NCBI RefSeq assembly: GCF_009834535.1
Contig: NC_045696.1
Span: 7,938,001-8,002,000 of the forward strand
Reading direction: 5' to 3'
Source of the DNA: Camelus ferus
Taxonomy: Eukaryota
Length of the DNA stretch: 64,000 bases
Shown: positions 62,514-64,000 of the stretch, piece after piece
Position numbering within the stretch: position 1 is the first letter of the stretch
Layout of the letters: every line of letters starts with the position of its first letter
Notes under the pieces: model-generated
What the model was told of the DNA's origin: nothing
Seen by the model: only the letters and a program-made list of their open reading frames with translations
Databases searched by the model: none
Made by a program: the position numbers and the translations under genes

Positions 62514-64000
62514 CCATGAGAGTGCGTGTGCGCACAGGTGCCTGTCCCCTCACTATGCGGGAAGGTGTGGGACCTGGTTTACCCTCCAGCCATTTAATTC
62601 TGTTTCTGCCTTCTGTCCTCTTTCCTTTCTCTTACCCCTGCCCTCTGACAGAGTAGGCGAAGTTGACGTGTTTAGAGCTGTGAAGAAACTTCTTCAGATG
62701 AAGAAGTTTGTCCAAGGTCCTGTCTCTCTGTTAGACACACACACTGCCCCCCCCCACCCCAGATGACAGGGAGCTGAGACTGAAATAGAGCAAAATAACA
62801 CAAAAGGGAAGAGGCAGGAGAAGTGGGGAGTTCACTTGGGAAAGGGGGGTGGGCCAGTGCATTCTCCCCACAAGGACTCGGGACCTACGCTATTTAAATG
62901 GCTACTGATAATTATTTCGGTAAGAAGGGTCAACACCACCATTAAAACGCAGGAGTGAGCACTGTCAGCAAGGACAACAGAGGTGTGGCCACAGCGGAAC
63001 AAAAATGAGTAAGGAGGACTGGATCGACTTACCCTCCTGCTCGCCTTCTGTCTTTCCCCAGGAGGGCTCTTGCCGTGGCGGACACCCCGCCTGAGGAGGC
63101 CCCTTTCCCAATGGCTCGGGCCTGGTCACCCACCATGGGCCCCGAGGCACCACATCCCTGCCCCCAACTGCCCCGGTGCCCCCGGCGTGGAGCAGAGCCT
63201 CCACCTCTGCCTTCCTCCTGCCAATGCGCAGCCAGGGCCACAGCAGCCCCACTGTCCCACTCCCAGACGCCAGCGAACGCGCATCACAATCTCCGCGCAG
63301 TCCTCCCTACCTGAGCAGCAGGAATTCATACCTGGCAGCAGAGATGCTGAGACACCTGACGATGCCGCGCAAAAAAACAAACAAAACCCCATCCAACTAG
63401 AGACCCGGGATGGCAAGGAAGTTTCTATGCACAGCGACTGCTGGTAAGGAATACTGCCCGACCCTCAGGCCAGGCTCCCATCCCAGGCCTCCCCAGTAGC
63501 TACCCAGATAGAAGCGGGGGGGCTTCAGGTCAGGACACTGAGCTGATATCACCTGCGTTTTTATTACTGATTCTATAATTTACAGCCAAGGTGACAGCTG
63601 ATAAACAAGCAGCTGTGCCTATAAACCTGCTCCTGCTGAAGGTGTGCTCCCCCCCCAACTGACCCCCCTCCACCGAGTGTGGCTGGGGAAGCGGCCCCCT
63701 CACCAAGACAGGGGACCCACGTCACTCCTATCTGCACAGGGGTCAACCATTACAGACACACCTCGCTCCAGCTGCAGGAAATTTAAAAGGACCTTTTCCT
63801 TTGGAGGGCTGATGGCACCTCCTACACGTTGTCCTTTGAGTCAAGCAGCCCTGGTGAGGACGTTCTTCTGTCAATCAGTGACAAACCAGAGAGGAGCAGG
63901 AAGACGCGCTCAGTGCAAAGGCGCTGAGCCCCGAGACCGCCTCAGGGAAGCGTCCCCACTCTGCCCTCCAGTCCTGGCTTAGCGGCAGGATCACTCGAAG

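Noticed and set aside
58000..64000. CHAF1B terminal exons expected from human synteny
   Set aside because: No ORF resembling the CHAF1B C-terminus was found; the gene probably lies beyond the window.

Overview
Mammalian genomic DNA, most likely camelid (three tRNA-derived vic-1-like SINEs, cetartiodactyl-type L1 3' ends, and no Alu, Bov-A/BovB or PRE1 recognised). The only protein-coding feature I can support is the intronless CDS of claudin-14 (CLDN14, 25615-26319, +). It has a clear splice acceptor, a Kozak start, a 3' UTR with miR-9 and miR-374 seed matches, and an AATAAA signal. Upstream (1-25.5 kb) is intron/5' flank with MaLR (MLT1), MIR, L2 and L1 fossils, and a candidate non-coding first exon next to a 3x33-bp CpG-rich repeat. 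Downstream (27-64 kb) is repeat-dense. It holds a three-layer LTR/LTR/L1 nest, two 5'-inverted L1 copies, a ~6.2-kb decayed ERV1-class element with integrase-tail and env-SU remnants plus two TSD-flanked L1 inserts, and a distal CpG-rich segment with CTCF-like motifs that may start an antisense transcript. I found no convincing new biological system. Nearly all other ORFs in the track look spurious. Repeat family names come from recalled consensus sequences, and repeat boundaries are approximate unless a TSD is given.
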